Source: Thermoplasmatota archaeon
GTDB taxonomy: Archaea > Thermoplasmatota > E2 > JACPAO01 > JAHFTW01
Reading direction: 5' to 3'
DNA length: 63,603 bases
Assembly: GCA_041601615.1 (NCBI GenBank)
Contig: JBFIHX010000014.1
Location: 1 to 63,603 of the forward strand
Shown here in pieces: positions 26,938-36,117 of this stretch (position 1 is the first letter of the stretch; each line of letters begins with the position of its first letter). The translations under genes and the position numbers were made by a program. The notes beneath the pieces were generated by a model. It had not been told where the DNA came from, did not search any database, and was given only the letters and a program-made list of their open reading frames with translations.

Positions 26938-28386
26938 TCAGTCTTCGAACGTCCAGGTGGGTGCAAGCGCGTACAAGCCCGTGGACATATCGGGAACAAA
27001 CAGCGTCTTACCATCCTCGCTCCACATAGCGGCCCAGACATTCGACGCATCGGCACTGGCAAATGCACCGATGGGCGCCGTGTTGACGGGGCTCCATGCT
27101 CCGCTGATGCTGCGTTCATGAGGCTGGTAGTACGCGAGGGTTACTGGGTTCGCCATGCGTTCGGTGGTGCTTACGTCGAACACCCAGACACCTGCGTGGT
27201 AGTGACCGATGGCGACTTGGCCATCGCAGTTGGCGTCGATGTTGTGCAGGCTGAATCGGTAGCTGTTTTGTTCCGTCAGGCTGGCCGCGTCCGGCAGTTG
27301 CCATTTTCCAAGGTACACTGGATTGGCAGGGTCGGTGGTGTCCACCACGGCCACAGGGGCAGCCGTTCCGCCGCCGCTTTCTCCGGCTCCGATGGTCAGG
27401 TGGCGGCCCGCAACGAGGCAGGGAAGCGGGGTCTGCTCGTGCCACATCGGCGGAATATCCTGGCCCTCCGCTGGTTCCACGTTGCCCACGAGCACCGGCA
27501 GGAACGGGTCCGTGACGTCCCAGATACTCATGTAGCCGCCACTGCCCGTGTACAGCAACATTTGACCCGTGAGGGGGTGTTGTTGCACCACGATGTCATG
27601 CACGCCGGAAATTTCGGTGCTGGCGATTTGGGTGGTGCCGTTTTGAGGATCCCACTCAGCGATGGTCACGGCGGCGTTCATGAAGTAGTACTTGCCGTGC
27701 ATCATGAACGTGTAGACATTGTGCGTGAATCCCATCTCGACGTAGTCGATGAAGGCGGGTGCCGTGGGGTCTTCGAGGCTGTACACCGCGATGCCGCCTT
27801 CACAACTGGCGATGCTGGCACAGGGACCGCCGCCCGTGACACTGGGGGCCTCGCTGGCCGGATCCAAGCCCGTGCATTCGAACGCGCCGCTGCCCTGGCA
27901 TCCCAAAAAGAGGAATTTACCGTCCGTGCTGAGGCGTGCGTCCCAGTTGTCGTCAAGGTTGTAGATGTGGCTTAGAACCCGCATGTTGGCAGGGTCGGAC
28001 ACATTCACGATGGAGACGCCACGGGAGCCGAACACGGAGGAGACGAGTGCGAGGTCGCCCACCACATCCACTTCAATGTAGCCGCTGCCAGGACCCACGA
28101 GGCCGTCGGACAAGTCGTTGTGGCCGATCAATTCCAGGTTCTCGCTACCCTGGTGCAGCTCCGCGATTTGGTGCCCCACGTGGCCCGTCGCTCCGGTCGC
28201 GTGGTCGTTGACAATCGTTCCTAGGAACACGGATGCGTCCGGCGCCACTGGAATGAGGCCACTGGCGCGGGGCGCCGACGCCAAAGGATCCGTGACCTCG
28301 TCGCCCTCATTCGGGGAGGAACTGTCCAGGCAACCACTGAGCGTGGTGCCGATGAGCATGAGCAGAAGGAGCGTCTTGGCCCGCAT
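26938..28386 (-). CDS. LVIVD-repeat beta-propeller lipoprotein
   Basis: LSGC lipobox; IVNVSDPAN, WDVTDP, VVDTTDPANP, DMSTGLY. Confidence 0.82.
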   Translation of the reverse strand: MRAKTLLLLMLIGTTLSGCLDSSSPNEGDEVTDPLASAPRASGLIPVAPDASVFLGTIVNDHATGATGHVGHQIAELHQGSENLELIGHNDLSDGLVGPGSGYIEVDVVGDLALVSSVFGSRGVSIVNVSDPANMRVLSHIYNLDDNWDARLSTDGKFLFLGCQGSGAFECTGLDPASEAPSVTGGGPCASIASCEGGIAVYSLEDPTAPAFIDYVEMGFTHNVYTFMMHGKYYFMNAAVTIAEWDPQNGTTQIASTEISGVHDIVVQQHPLTGQMLLYTGSGGYMSIWDVTDPFLPVLVGNVEPAEGQDIPPMWHEQTPLPCLVAGRHLTIGAGESGGGTAAPVAVVDTTDPANPVYLGKWQLPDAASLTEQNSYRFSLHNIDANCDGQVAIGHYHAGVWVFDVSTTERMANPVTLAYYQPHERSISGAWSPVNTAPIGAFASADASNVWAAMWSEDGKTLFVPDMSTGLYALAPTWTFED

Positions 28387-28501
28387 GTTGCTTCGACGTG
28401 GAACACGGTGCAAAAGGGTTGTGTCAGCGCAAGGACCGTAGCCCCGCTGCTTCGTAGGTGCCGGAGCCAACGTTCAAGCACGAGCGCCCCTCCCAGCATC
28501 C

Positions 28502-29815
28502 ATGGTCCCGGAGTCGGCCCAGAAGCCGGTGCTTCAGATTGCCCTCGATGAAGTCAACCTCGACCGCGCCCTCCAGTACGCCAGGGAAGCGGTTGCAGGA
28601 GGGGCGGACTGGATTGAAGCCGGTACTCCGCTCATCAAGGCAGAAGGTCTAGAGGCGGTGCGGGCGCTCAAGAAGGCCTTCCCGGACAAGACCATCGTCG
28701 CCGACATGAAAACCATGGACACCGGCGCCTTCGAGGTCGAGATCGCCGCCAAGGCCGGAGCCGACGTGATTGGCATCCTTGGCGCCGCAAGCGACGAGAC
28801 TTTCGAAGAGGCAGTCAAGGCCGCCCGCAAGTACGGGGCCCGGGTCTACATGGACCTCATCAGCGTCGCCGACAAAATCACCCGCGCCAAAGACGCCGAA
28901 CGGCTCGGCTGCGACCTCGTCTGCCTGCACATGGGCATCGACGACCAAATGAAAGGCGCCACTCCACTCGATATACTCAAGGAGCTCGCCGACGCCGTCA
29001 ACATCCCCGTCATGGCAGCCGGCGGCATCACCACCGAAACCGCCGGGGCCGCAATTCAGGCCGGCGCCAGTGTCGTCATCGTCGGTGGCGCCCTCACCAA
29101 GGCCCAAGACATCGCAGAAGAAGCACGCAAACTCAAGCAAGCGATGAGCACCGGCGAGAAAATTGCCAGCGAGCGATTCCGGCGCTACGGCGGCGAATCC
29201 CTCCGAGAAGCATTCCTACAGTGCAGCACAAGCAACATCAGCGACGCCATGCACCGAAAAGGCGCGATGGACGCCGGCATGCAAGCCAGGCAAACTGGCC
29301 GCCGCGTCTGCGGGCGCGCTGTGACCGTCTTCACCGCCGACGGCGACTGGGCCAAACCCGTCGAAGCCATCGACCACGCCGGCCCCGGCCAAATCATCGT
29401 CATCGACCAACGCGGCGGCAAAACCGCAATGTGGGGAGAACTTGCCAGCGAGTCCTGCACACTCAAGGGCGTCGAAGGAGTCGTCATCGACGGCGCCATC
29501 CGCGACATCGATGACATCCGCGAAATGGGCTTTGCTGCCTGGAGCCGCTGGGTCGTGCCCAACGCCGGCGAACCCAAGGGACACGGACAAATCGGCCTCG
29601 AAATCAAATGCGGCGGCCAAACCGTGCGCAGCGGCGACTGGATCATCGCCGACGACATGGGCATCGTCGTGGTGCCACAAGAGGACGCCCAAGAAGTGGC
29701 AAACCGGTCGCTTGAGGTCCTAGAGAAGGAGAACCGGTTGCGCGAGGAAATTCGGCGAGGGAAGACACTGTCCAGCGTTCTTGAGCTGAAGAAGTGGGAG
29801 CAAGTTGTGGGGTAG
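28502..29815 (+). CDS. hxlA: 3-hexulose-6-phosphate synthase fused to an RraA/MenG-like domain
   Basis: LQIALD, IEAGTPLIKAEG, VADMKTMDTG; C-terminal SNISDAM, WGEL, DGAIRD, GDWIIADDMG. Confidence 0.9.
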   Translation: MVPESAQKPVLQIALDEVNLDRALQYAREAVAGGADWIEAGTPLIKAEGLEAVRALKKAFPDKTIVADMKTMDTGAFEVEIAAKAGADVIGILGAASDETFEEAVKAARKYGARVYMDLISVADKITRAKDAERLGCDLVCLHMGIDDQMKGATPLDILKELADAVNIPVMAAGGITTETAGAAIQAGASVVIVGGALTKAQDIAEEARKLKQAMSTGEKIASERFRRYGGESLREAFLQCSTSNISDAMHRKGAMDAGMQARQTGRRVCGRAVTVFTADGDWAKPVEAIDHAGPGQIIVIDQRGGKTAMWGELASESCTLKGVEGVVIDGAIRDIDDIREMGFAAWSRWVVPNAGEPKGHGQIGLEIKCGGQTVRSGDWIIADDMGIVVVPQEDAQEVANRSLEVLEKENRLREEIRRGKTLSSVLELKKWEQVVG

Positions 29816-29994
29816 ACCATTCACCCCCTACGCAACCCAAACGGCAGCTTCTGATCTGAACACCCGTACAGCTCTTTGCACTGCGGGAGAAGCTGTGGCC
29901 CACCCCGGAGCGTGAGAAAATCGATTCGAGCTATGGACTACTAGTGGTGCCTCCAAAACCTGCCAATCTCCAGGATACACAAACCTTGATATCT

Positions 29995-30019
29995 CATGAT
30001 GGCGCATGATTGCACATGA
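29995..30019 (+). promoter_or_regulatory. Putative TA operator: three CATGA direct repeats at 10-bp spacing
   Basis: CATGA at 29995, 30005 and 30015, between the TATA-like CCTTGATAT and the antitoxin ATG. Confidence 0.5.
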
Positions 30020-30210
30020 CTGCGACCATCTCCATCCCAGAGCCCGTCCGAGACCGATTACGGACATACGGCACCGCCGGGATGACCTACAAAGACATCC
30101 TAGGATGGATGATGGACCGAATTGATCGGGAAGAATTTGTGCGCGAATGCCGCCACATCCTTCAGTCAACGCCGGCCGATGCCTGGGTCGACTTGGACGA
30201 CATTGAATGA
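30016..30210 (+). CDS. Putative antitoxin (RHH-like)
   Basis: TATISIPEPVRDRL...TYKDIL; acidic tail WVDLDDIE; ATGA overlap with the toxin. Confidence 0.75.
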   Translation: MTATISIPEPVRDRLRTYGTAGMTYKDILGWMMDRIDREEFVRECRHILQSTPADAWVDLDDIE

Positions 30211-30491
30211 AGGTCCGACTTCACCCAGTCCGTGGGGCGCCCGTGTTGCGCAGCATGGCTCCCGGTCCAAAGAAAACGATGCGGACCGCATTGGAAGCCC
30301 TCCGTGACGATCCTTCTGGAACAAGCAATGGCTTGAACGTGAAGCGCCTCGATGCAGACCCCGGCGACACCGTGTATCGGTTGCGGGTCGGCCCGTGGCG
30401 TGCCGCCTTCTCGGTGCGCCCTGGAGAGATTTTGGTCGTCCGAATCTTCCACCGTCGCGACGGTTACGGTTGGCTTGCTGACATGGAATAA
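30207..30491 (+). CDS. RelE/ParE-family toxin
   Basis: VKRL...YRLRVGPWRAAF...IFHRRDGY; basic, 94 aa. Confidence 0.85.
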   Translation: MKVRLHPVRGAPVLRSMAPGPKKTMRTALEALRDDPSGTSNGLNVKRLDADPGDTVYRLRVGPWRAAFSVRPGEILVVRIFHRRDGYGWLADME

Positions 30492-30883
30492 CACTCCACG
30501 CCCGTGGCCTTGGCCGTTTTTCGCATTTCGTCGTCGAAGGTCACGAGCACGGCGCTCGCCGCTTTTGCCAGCGCAACGTAGGATGCGTCGTAGTAGGTGC
30601 ATGGGGGCGCGATCTGTTCGGTTCCCTCACCGTCCACAAAGGTGAATCCGAGGGTTGCGGCGTGCAGGAGGCGTGCGCGAATCTCGGGCGTCCAATCCGG
30701 TCGTGTTTTGGCGATGCTGGCGAGGATGTTGCCAAATTCGTAGCGCAGCAAGTGGGGTGCCAGCAGGTCTGCGCCTTCTTCGAGCATTTCGGTGAGCCAG
30801 CGGCGAAATTCTTGGCTGTGCGCTTCGTCGATAACGGCCTTCACGAGGCCGCTGCTGTCGACGACGAATCTACGGGCGGTCAC
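30464..30883 (-). CDS. vapC: VapC-family PIN toxin
   Basis: VVDSS, YEFGN, YDASYVALA, LVTFD acidic quartet. Confidence 0.88.
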   Translation of the reverse strand: MTARRFVVDSSGLVKAVIDEAHSQEFRRWLTEMLEEGADLLAPHLLRYEFGNILASIAKTRPDWTPEIRARLLHAATLGFTFVDGEGTEQIAPPCTYYDASYVALAKAASAVLVTFDDEMRKTAKATGVECYSMSASQP

Positions 30884-31079
30884 GGTCTTCCCGAATCAGT
30901 TCCAAGGAGGGGCGGTCGAGGCAGACGGTGTGCTGTTGCAGGAATTCTCGTGATTCCTTGATCTCCATGCGTCGAATGGCTTCATGGACCGCGACACGGG
31001 CGAAGGCGCCTGGTTTGAGGTTGCGGCGGCGCAGCCAATCCTCGTCCGCATCATCAATTCGGACACTCACTACTGGCAC
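30870..31079 (-). CDS. VapB-type antitoxin
   Basis: VVSVRIDD RHH strand; C-terminal SLELIREDRD; overlaps vapC; AGTTAC direct repeats upstream on the minus strand. Confidence 0.8.
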   Translation of the reverse strand: MPVVSVRIDDADEDWLRRRNLKPGAFARVAVHEAIRRMEIKESREFLQQHTVCLDRPSLELIREDRDRP

Positions 31080-31153
31080 AAACTACCATCGTCGTAACTG
31101 GTTATTGTAACTTCACTGGCTTCGGCCGTGCTTACCTTTCTCAGCATGCCAGG

Positions 31154-31582
31154 CTAGCTTGCATTTGCTCTCTCGATGATGCCGTCCAGCATGTTGCCCA
31201 TGCGGGCCGCGTCCTCGTTGGACCAGTATTGAAACACGTCCTGGAAGATGCCCGTCATTCGTTGCTCCATGCCCGATTTGAATTGGCGAGCTTGTTTGGT
31301 CATGTGGATCCAGTAGACCCGGGCGTCCGCTTCGTCCCGTTTTCGTTCGACGAAGCCTCTTGCCTCGAGCACTGCGAGTGTCTGGGACACCGAGCCTTTG
31401 CTGATGCCGAGCACGGCGACGAGGTCGGACTGTTTTTGCGGGCCTTTGGCGGCGAGTGTTTTGAGCACCATCATGTGTTGGATGCCAAAGCCGTCCGGCG
31501 CTTCTCGGCGTACGCGCTCATGCAATGCATACGTTGCTTCGCGAAGGCGGATGAGAATCCCATGCACTCCAGCGTCGTCCAC
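31154..31582 (-). CDS. MarR-family regulator
   Basis: QSDLVAVLGISKGSVSQTLAVLEARGFVERKRDEADAR. Confidence 0.9.
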   Translation of the reverse strand: MDDAGVHGILIRLREATYALHERVRREAPDGFGIQHMMVLKTLAAKGPQKQSDLVAVLGISKGSVSQTLAVLEARGFVERKRDEADARVYWIHMTKQARQFKSGMEQRMTGIFQDVFQYWSNEDAARMGNMLDGIIERANAS

Positions 31583-31611
31583 GCGGGCAAAATCCTCGCC
31601 GCCCTGATATG

Positions 31612-31640
31612 GTTTGCCACTAAACAGTTTAGTACCAAAC
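31612..31640. promoter_or_regulatory. Putative MarR operator (14-1-14 inverted repeat)
   Basis: GTTTGCCACTAAAC-A-GTTTAGTACCAAAC with 2 mismatches, between the divergent marR and RND genes. Confidence 0.72.
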
Positions 31641-31656
31641 TAATAGTGCGGCGCCC

Positions 31657-33930
31657 ATGGGCAATCCCTTTGCCAGTGTCGCCGCCTGGTCCGCGCGCCA
31701 CCCTTGGTTCGCCGTCGTCATCTCCCTCATCGCCATCGTCGGTACCGGATCTGGACTGACCCAGGCAGAACAAGGCCGCATTGGCGAACTGTTTGTCCCC
31801 GACGACTTGCCCGCCCTCGACACCCAACGGCACATCGAAGCCATCTGGGGCGAAACTGAAGGCAGCTTCCTGCTCTACCTCACCGACGACCCCACAAATC
31901 CCGCCCTGATTCGCGCCGTGGCCCGAGATGCCGAAAACGCCCTCGCAATCGACGGCGCCCTTGACACCGCAGGCATCCACACACTCCTAGAAGCCCGCCT
32001 AGGCGACCTTGACAAAGCCTCCGACCAAGAAATCCAAGCCGCCGCCAAAAACTTCCTCAGCACCCCCGCCGGCCAGCCCTTCATGGCCGCCGATGCCCTC
32101 CTTATGCGCATCACTCTCGAGCCCGTGGACGACATTCCGACCATGATCCAATTCCTGGACGCCGTGCGCGACGCCTCCACCGCCAACGCCGACATTCGAA
32201 GCGCCAGTGGCCTCCACGTAGAAGAAGAACAGAACCAAAACGCCGGCGGCGACGTTGCCTTCCTGATGCCCCTCAGCCTCGGCGTCATCATCCTCCTCCT
32301 TTCGGTGCTGTTTCGCCGATTCCAAGACGTCGCCATACCCATGACCACCGTCCTCATGAGCATCCTCATGGCCTACGGAACCGTCGCCTGGGCCGGCATG
32401 GAACTCGCACCCCCCAGCTTCATCGTCATGCCACTTCTTCTGGGCCTCGGCGTGGACTACATGCTCCACATCGTCTACGCATACCGAGAAGAACCCACCA
32501 CCAAGTCACTCCCGCGACGATTCCGAGGAGTCGGCCACCACGTCGGCTACCCCGTCTTCTTCACCGCCGCCACCACCCTCATCGGATTCGGGTCATTTTT
32601 GGCCAGCAACATCCCGCAAATTCGCACCTGGGGCCTGCTCATCGGCAGCGGCGCCCTCTACTCATTCCTGCTCGGATTCCTACTCCTGCCCGCCCTCTAC
32701 CGAATGCGCCGGCAAAAGCAACGCACCATCAAACTCCCGCTCGGCGGCCTCATGGACCGCATCGCCGACGGCATCATGGGCAACCGCGCCCTCGTGCTGG
32801 TGCTGGCGCTGCTGGCCACCACAGGCCTCGCAACCGCCGCCGCCTTCGTAGACGTCGAAGACAGCCTCGACTTCGAACCCGACCTATCCTCACCCGCGAT
32901 GATCGACCTCACCGCCGTGCAAGACCGGTTCGGCGGCCAAAGCCTCGTCATGTTCCTCGTGCCCGCCGCCGACCGCGCCGAGCTAGAAACATTCGAAGCA
33001 AACCTCGAAGCAAGCCCATGGTCCGGGTTCGTAGACGGACCCATCCACCGCCTCGCCCGCACCGCCAATCCCAATGGCCCCCTCGTCGGTTCCGCCACCG
33101 AAGGAGTTGCCACAGAGGAATACTGGCTCATCCAAGTGGGATTCAAATTCGAAGAACGAGAAGACGCAGTGGACCACTTCGAAGCGATCGCCGCCGAATC
33201 CCCCCTCGATGCCCGACTCACCGGCGCCGAAGTGCTCGACCGCGAAAGCCGCGCCTCCTTCCTCGACAGCCTCTTCATCAGCACCCTCACAGCCCTCGTC
33301 CTGGTCGTGCTGCTGCTGGCCGCCATCTTCAGGCAACCCCTGATGGCTGGCCTAGCGTTCCTGCCCCTCGCCGTCACTATCGTTTGGCAACTTGGCCTCC
33401 AAACCATCACGGGCATCCCAATCAACCCCATCACCGGCGTCATGACCGCCATGATTCTCGGAGTAGGCGTCGACTATAGCCTACACATCATGGCCCACTT
33501 CCAAGAATCCCGGCAAAACGGAGCCACCAGCCGCGCCGCCGCTGACACCGCGCTGCGCAGTGTTGGCCGCCCCATCCTCGCCGCAAGCATGACCACCGTA
33601 TTCGCCTTCAGCGTCCTCGGCTTCAGCAGCCTGGTGCCGCTTCGCCAATTTGGCATCGTCGCCGCCATCGTCGTCACCTGCGCCTGGATCGTCAGCACCA
33701 CGCTCCTGCCCGTGCTTGCCAGCTACCTACCCAACCCCAAAGCCGCAAAAACGCGGACCCACGCGGCGACATCCAACACGGCCCCGGCCCTGGCCCCGAC
33801 CCCAACGCAAAGTTTGGGCAGCGCCCTGTACCCACACATTCGACCTCGATTCCAAGACCCCGACGTAGAAGCATGGTACCAGGAAACCAAGAGGGGAACA
33901 ACGGCAAGGCGCTTGGCCCTCGACGATTGA
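31657..33930 (+). CDS. RND/MMPL-family transporter
   Basis: Duplicated GLGVDY / GVGVDY motifs, TTLIGFGS and TTVFAFSVL; about 12 TM. Confidence 0.9.
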   Translation: MGNPFASVAAWSARHPWFAVVISLIAIVGTGSGLTQAEQGRIGELFVPDDLPALDTQRHIEAIWGETEGSFLLYLTDDPTNPALIRAVARDAENALAIDGALDTAGIHTLLEARLGDLDKASDQEIQAAAKNFLSTPAGQPFMAADALLMRITLEPVDDIPTMIQFLDAVRDASTANADIRSASGLHVEEEQNQNAGGDVAFLMPLSLGVIILLLSVLFRRFQDVAIPMTTVLMSILMAYGTVAWAGMELAPPSFIVMPLLLGLGVDYMLHIVYAYREEPTTKSLPRRFRGVGHHVGYPVFFTAATTLIGFGSFLASNIPQIRTWGLLIGSGALYSFLLGFLLLPALYRMRRQKQRTIKLPLGGLMDRIADGIMGNRALVLVLALLATTGLATAAAFVDVEDSLDFEPDLSSPAMIDLTAVQDRFGGQSLVMFLVPAADRAELETFEANLEASPWSGFVDGPIHRLARTANPNGPLVGSATEGVATEEYWLIQVGFKFEEREDAVDHFEAIAAESPLDARLTGAEVLDRESRASFLDSLFISTLTALVLVVLLLAAIFRQPLMAGLAFLPLAVTIVWQLGLQTITGIPINPITGVMTAMILGVGVDYSLHIMAHFQESRQNGATSRAAADTALRSVGRPILAASMTTVFAFSVLGFSSLVPLRQFGIVAAIVVTCAWIVSTTLLPVLASYLPNPKAAKTRTHAATSNTAPALAPTPTQSLGSALYPHIRPRFQDPDVEAWYQETKRGTTARRLALDD

Positions 33931-34053
33931 GCATCCCATCTAGAGCAAAACCAGCGTCAAATACCGCGAAACGCACAGCCAAGGCGCAAGCGCCAAACCC
34001 ACACCCATCCCAAATCAAGGCCCGAAATGGCCTCCGCTAAGAGGTTGAAAAAG

Positions 34054-34126
34054 CGCCGCAGACCCGACTCGAACGGGTGACCATCGGATTAACAGTCCGA
34101 AGCTCCACCAACTAAGCTACTGCGGC
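34054..34126 (-). tRNA. tRNA-Asn(GTT)
   Basis: Acceptor GCCGCAG/CTGCGGC, anticodon arm TCGGA-CTGTTAA-TCCGA, T-loop TTCGAGT. Confidence 0.96.
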
Positions 34127-34274
34127 GTGTGGACCCCGGCCAAAAACGCCAGAGTGGTGCGGCCCGGTTAAGGGCACAGTCGCGGCCGACCCAGGCCACA
34201 ATGATAACCATTGCCATAGCGCGCTCCCGCGTTCGGTCAGAAACCCTTTCCTTCCCCTCGTGGGTCGGACGCCG

Positions 34275-35612
34275 ATGGCAGGTCGTGGCGCATTCCAATC
34301 CCGCCTCGGGTTCATGATGGCGGCAATAGGCTCCGCCGTGGGCCTGGGCAACCTCTGGCGCTTTCCCTACGTAACAAGCACAAACGGAGGCGCCGCCTTC
34401 ATCGTGCTGTACCTCGCATTCCTGTTTCTCATCGGCATTCCTGCCCTGTTTGCAGAGCTGAGCATCGGCCGCAACCGCGCCCGCAACGCAGTGGGCGCCT
34501 TCACCAGCACCCGCGACGACGGCGCTCCCGACCGACGATTCACTTGGGTCGGATTCGTGTTCCTCGGCACCGCCGTCCTCCTGTTGTCCTACTACTCCGT
34601 GATTGCCGGCTGGGCACTGCGCTACATGTTCCAATCCGCCACCGCGCCCTACTTTGACGGCGCCGCCTCCTACTTTGGCACCATCAGCGTCGACCCCATG
34701 AGCATCCTGTTCCACCTCCTGTTCATGGCCATCACCGTCGGCATCCTAGTGCGCGGTGTGAGCGGCGGCATCGAAAAAGCCAACCTCATGATGATGCCCG
34801 TGCTGTTTGCCTTCGTCGTCGGCCTCGTCATCTACGGCAACCTCCAATCTGGCGCCCAAGCAGGCCGCGAATTCTTCCTAGTGCCCGACTTCGGAGCCAT
34901 CGAACGAGCCACCTTCAACGAAGCCGCCGGCCAGACCTTCTTCAGCATCGGCCTCGGCCTCGGCACCATGCTCACCTACAGCAGCTACATCGGCAAAAAC
35001 ACGGACCTCCAAAGCACCGGCCTCGTCATCGGATTCGCCGACACAGGAGTCGCCATCCTCGCCGGCCTCATGGTGTTCCCCCTGATGTTCGCATTGGGGC
35101 TCGGTGGATTGGCCGAAGATGCCGGAGCCAGCAGCGTCGGAGGTCTCTTTATCGCGCTTCCCACCGCATTCGCAGCCATCGGCGGCACCCTCGGCGGCTT
35201 CTTGGCCTTCGGCTTCTTCCTGATGCTCGGATTCGCCGCCCTCAGCAGCGCCATCAGCCTACTCGAAGTGCCCATCAGCTACGTCGTCGACCGATTCCCC
35301 CAGTGGGGCCGCCCCCGCGCCGTGCTCCTCGTCGGCCTCTCCACCTACCTCATAGGCATCCCCGCCGCCATCAGCCTCGACTGGCTCGGCATCGCAGACA
35401 GCCTCGTCAGCAACATCCTCCTGCTGACAGGCGGACTCATGATGATCATCTACGTCGGCTGGATCAAACCCGAAATCCTCGACGAACTAAGCATCGGGCG
35501 CAAGGGCTGGGACATGGGCAAAGTGTTCCGACCCATCATCAAGTACCCCCTGCCCATCTTCCTCGTAGTCCTGCTTGGATTTGGCTTCGAGGCGTTCTTT
35601 ACGGGGCTCTGA
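34275..35612 (+). CDS. Sodium-dependent transporter, NSS/SNF family
   Basis: GSAVGLGNLWRFPY, GGAAF, GQTFFSIGLG. Confidence 0.95.
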   Translation: MAGRGAFQSRLGFMMAAIGSAVGLGNLWRFPYVTSTNGGAAFIVLYLAFLFLIGIPALFAELSIGRNRARNAVGAFTSTRDDGAPDRRFTWVGFVFLGTAVLLLSYYSVIAGWALRYMFQSATAPYFDGAASYFGTISVDPMSILFHLLFMAITVGILVRGVSGGIEKANLMMMPVLFAFVVGLVIYGNLQSGAQAGREFFLVPDFGAIERATFNEAAGQTFFSIGLGLGTMLTYSSYIGKNTDLQSTGLVIGFADTGVAILAGLMVFPLMFALGLGGLAEDAGASSVGGLFIALPTAFAAIGGTLGGFLAFGFFLMLGFAALSSAISLLEVPISYVVDRFPQWGRPRAVLLVGLSTYLIGIPAAISLDWLGIADSLVSNILLLTGGLMMIIYVGWIKPEILDELSIGRKGWDMGKVFRPIIKYPLPIFLVVLLGFGFEAFFTGL

Positions 35613-35818
35613 AGCGACCTTCAGAAAGATCGATTATCAAGGCCGGGACGAGCTGCGGTCGCCCGACCGCGGAAAATCATCCGCAAAACCAACCCAACGC
35701 AGGCGTACTCGAAGCGACCCTCAAAAGGGTCGATCGTTTGGTGCGGTTGCGGCCTACGGCCAAACCGCACTGGGCAAAGCATCCGCAACCAACCCAACGC
35801 AGGCGTACCCAAGCGGCC
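35611..35818 (+). repeat. Diverged ~100-bp tandem duplication including the 5' end of tRNA-Leu
   Basis: GAAGCGACC.TCA.AA.G.TCGAT at 35611 and 35711; ACCAACCCAACGCAGGCGTAC at 35688 and 35788. Confidence 0.75.
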
Positions 35819-35880
35819 AACGGGACCTGACTTAAGATCAGGGGCTTAGTGCTTCACCGGTTCGAATCCGGTCGCCTGCA
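35799..35880 (+). tRNA. tRNA-Leu(TAA)
   Basis: Acceptor GCAGGCG/CGCCTGC-A, anticodon arm CCTGA-CTTAAGA-TCAGG, variable arm, T-loop TTCGAAT. Confidence 0.95.
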
Positions 35881-36117
35881 CTTTCAATCCATCCAAGCGC
35901 CCACGGCCACGCGCTCCACAGTGCCTCGCGTCGCCCCGAACGCCCATGCGCGTCGGCCTATTCCGCCCCCGTTCATCCCCCCAAGCGCCGCCCCCCCAGC
36001 GCCGCCGATGAACGGGTGCTCGCCAAGAGTCCAGACCCAAGGCCCCCACCGCCTTTGAGCCCTCCGTTTTGCAACCGAACCAAAGCGATTAAGGTACCCG
36101 AAAGGAGAGTATAGAAT

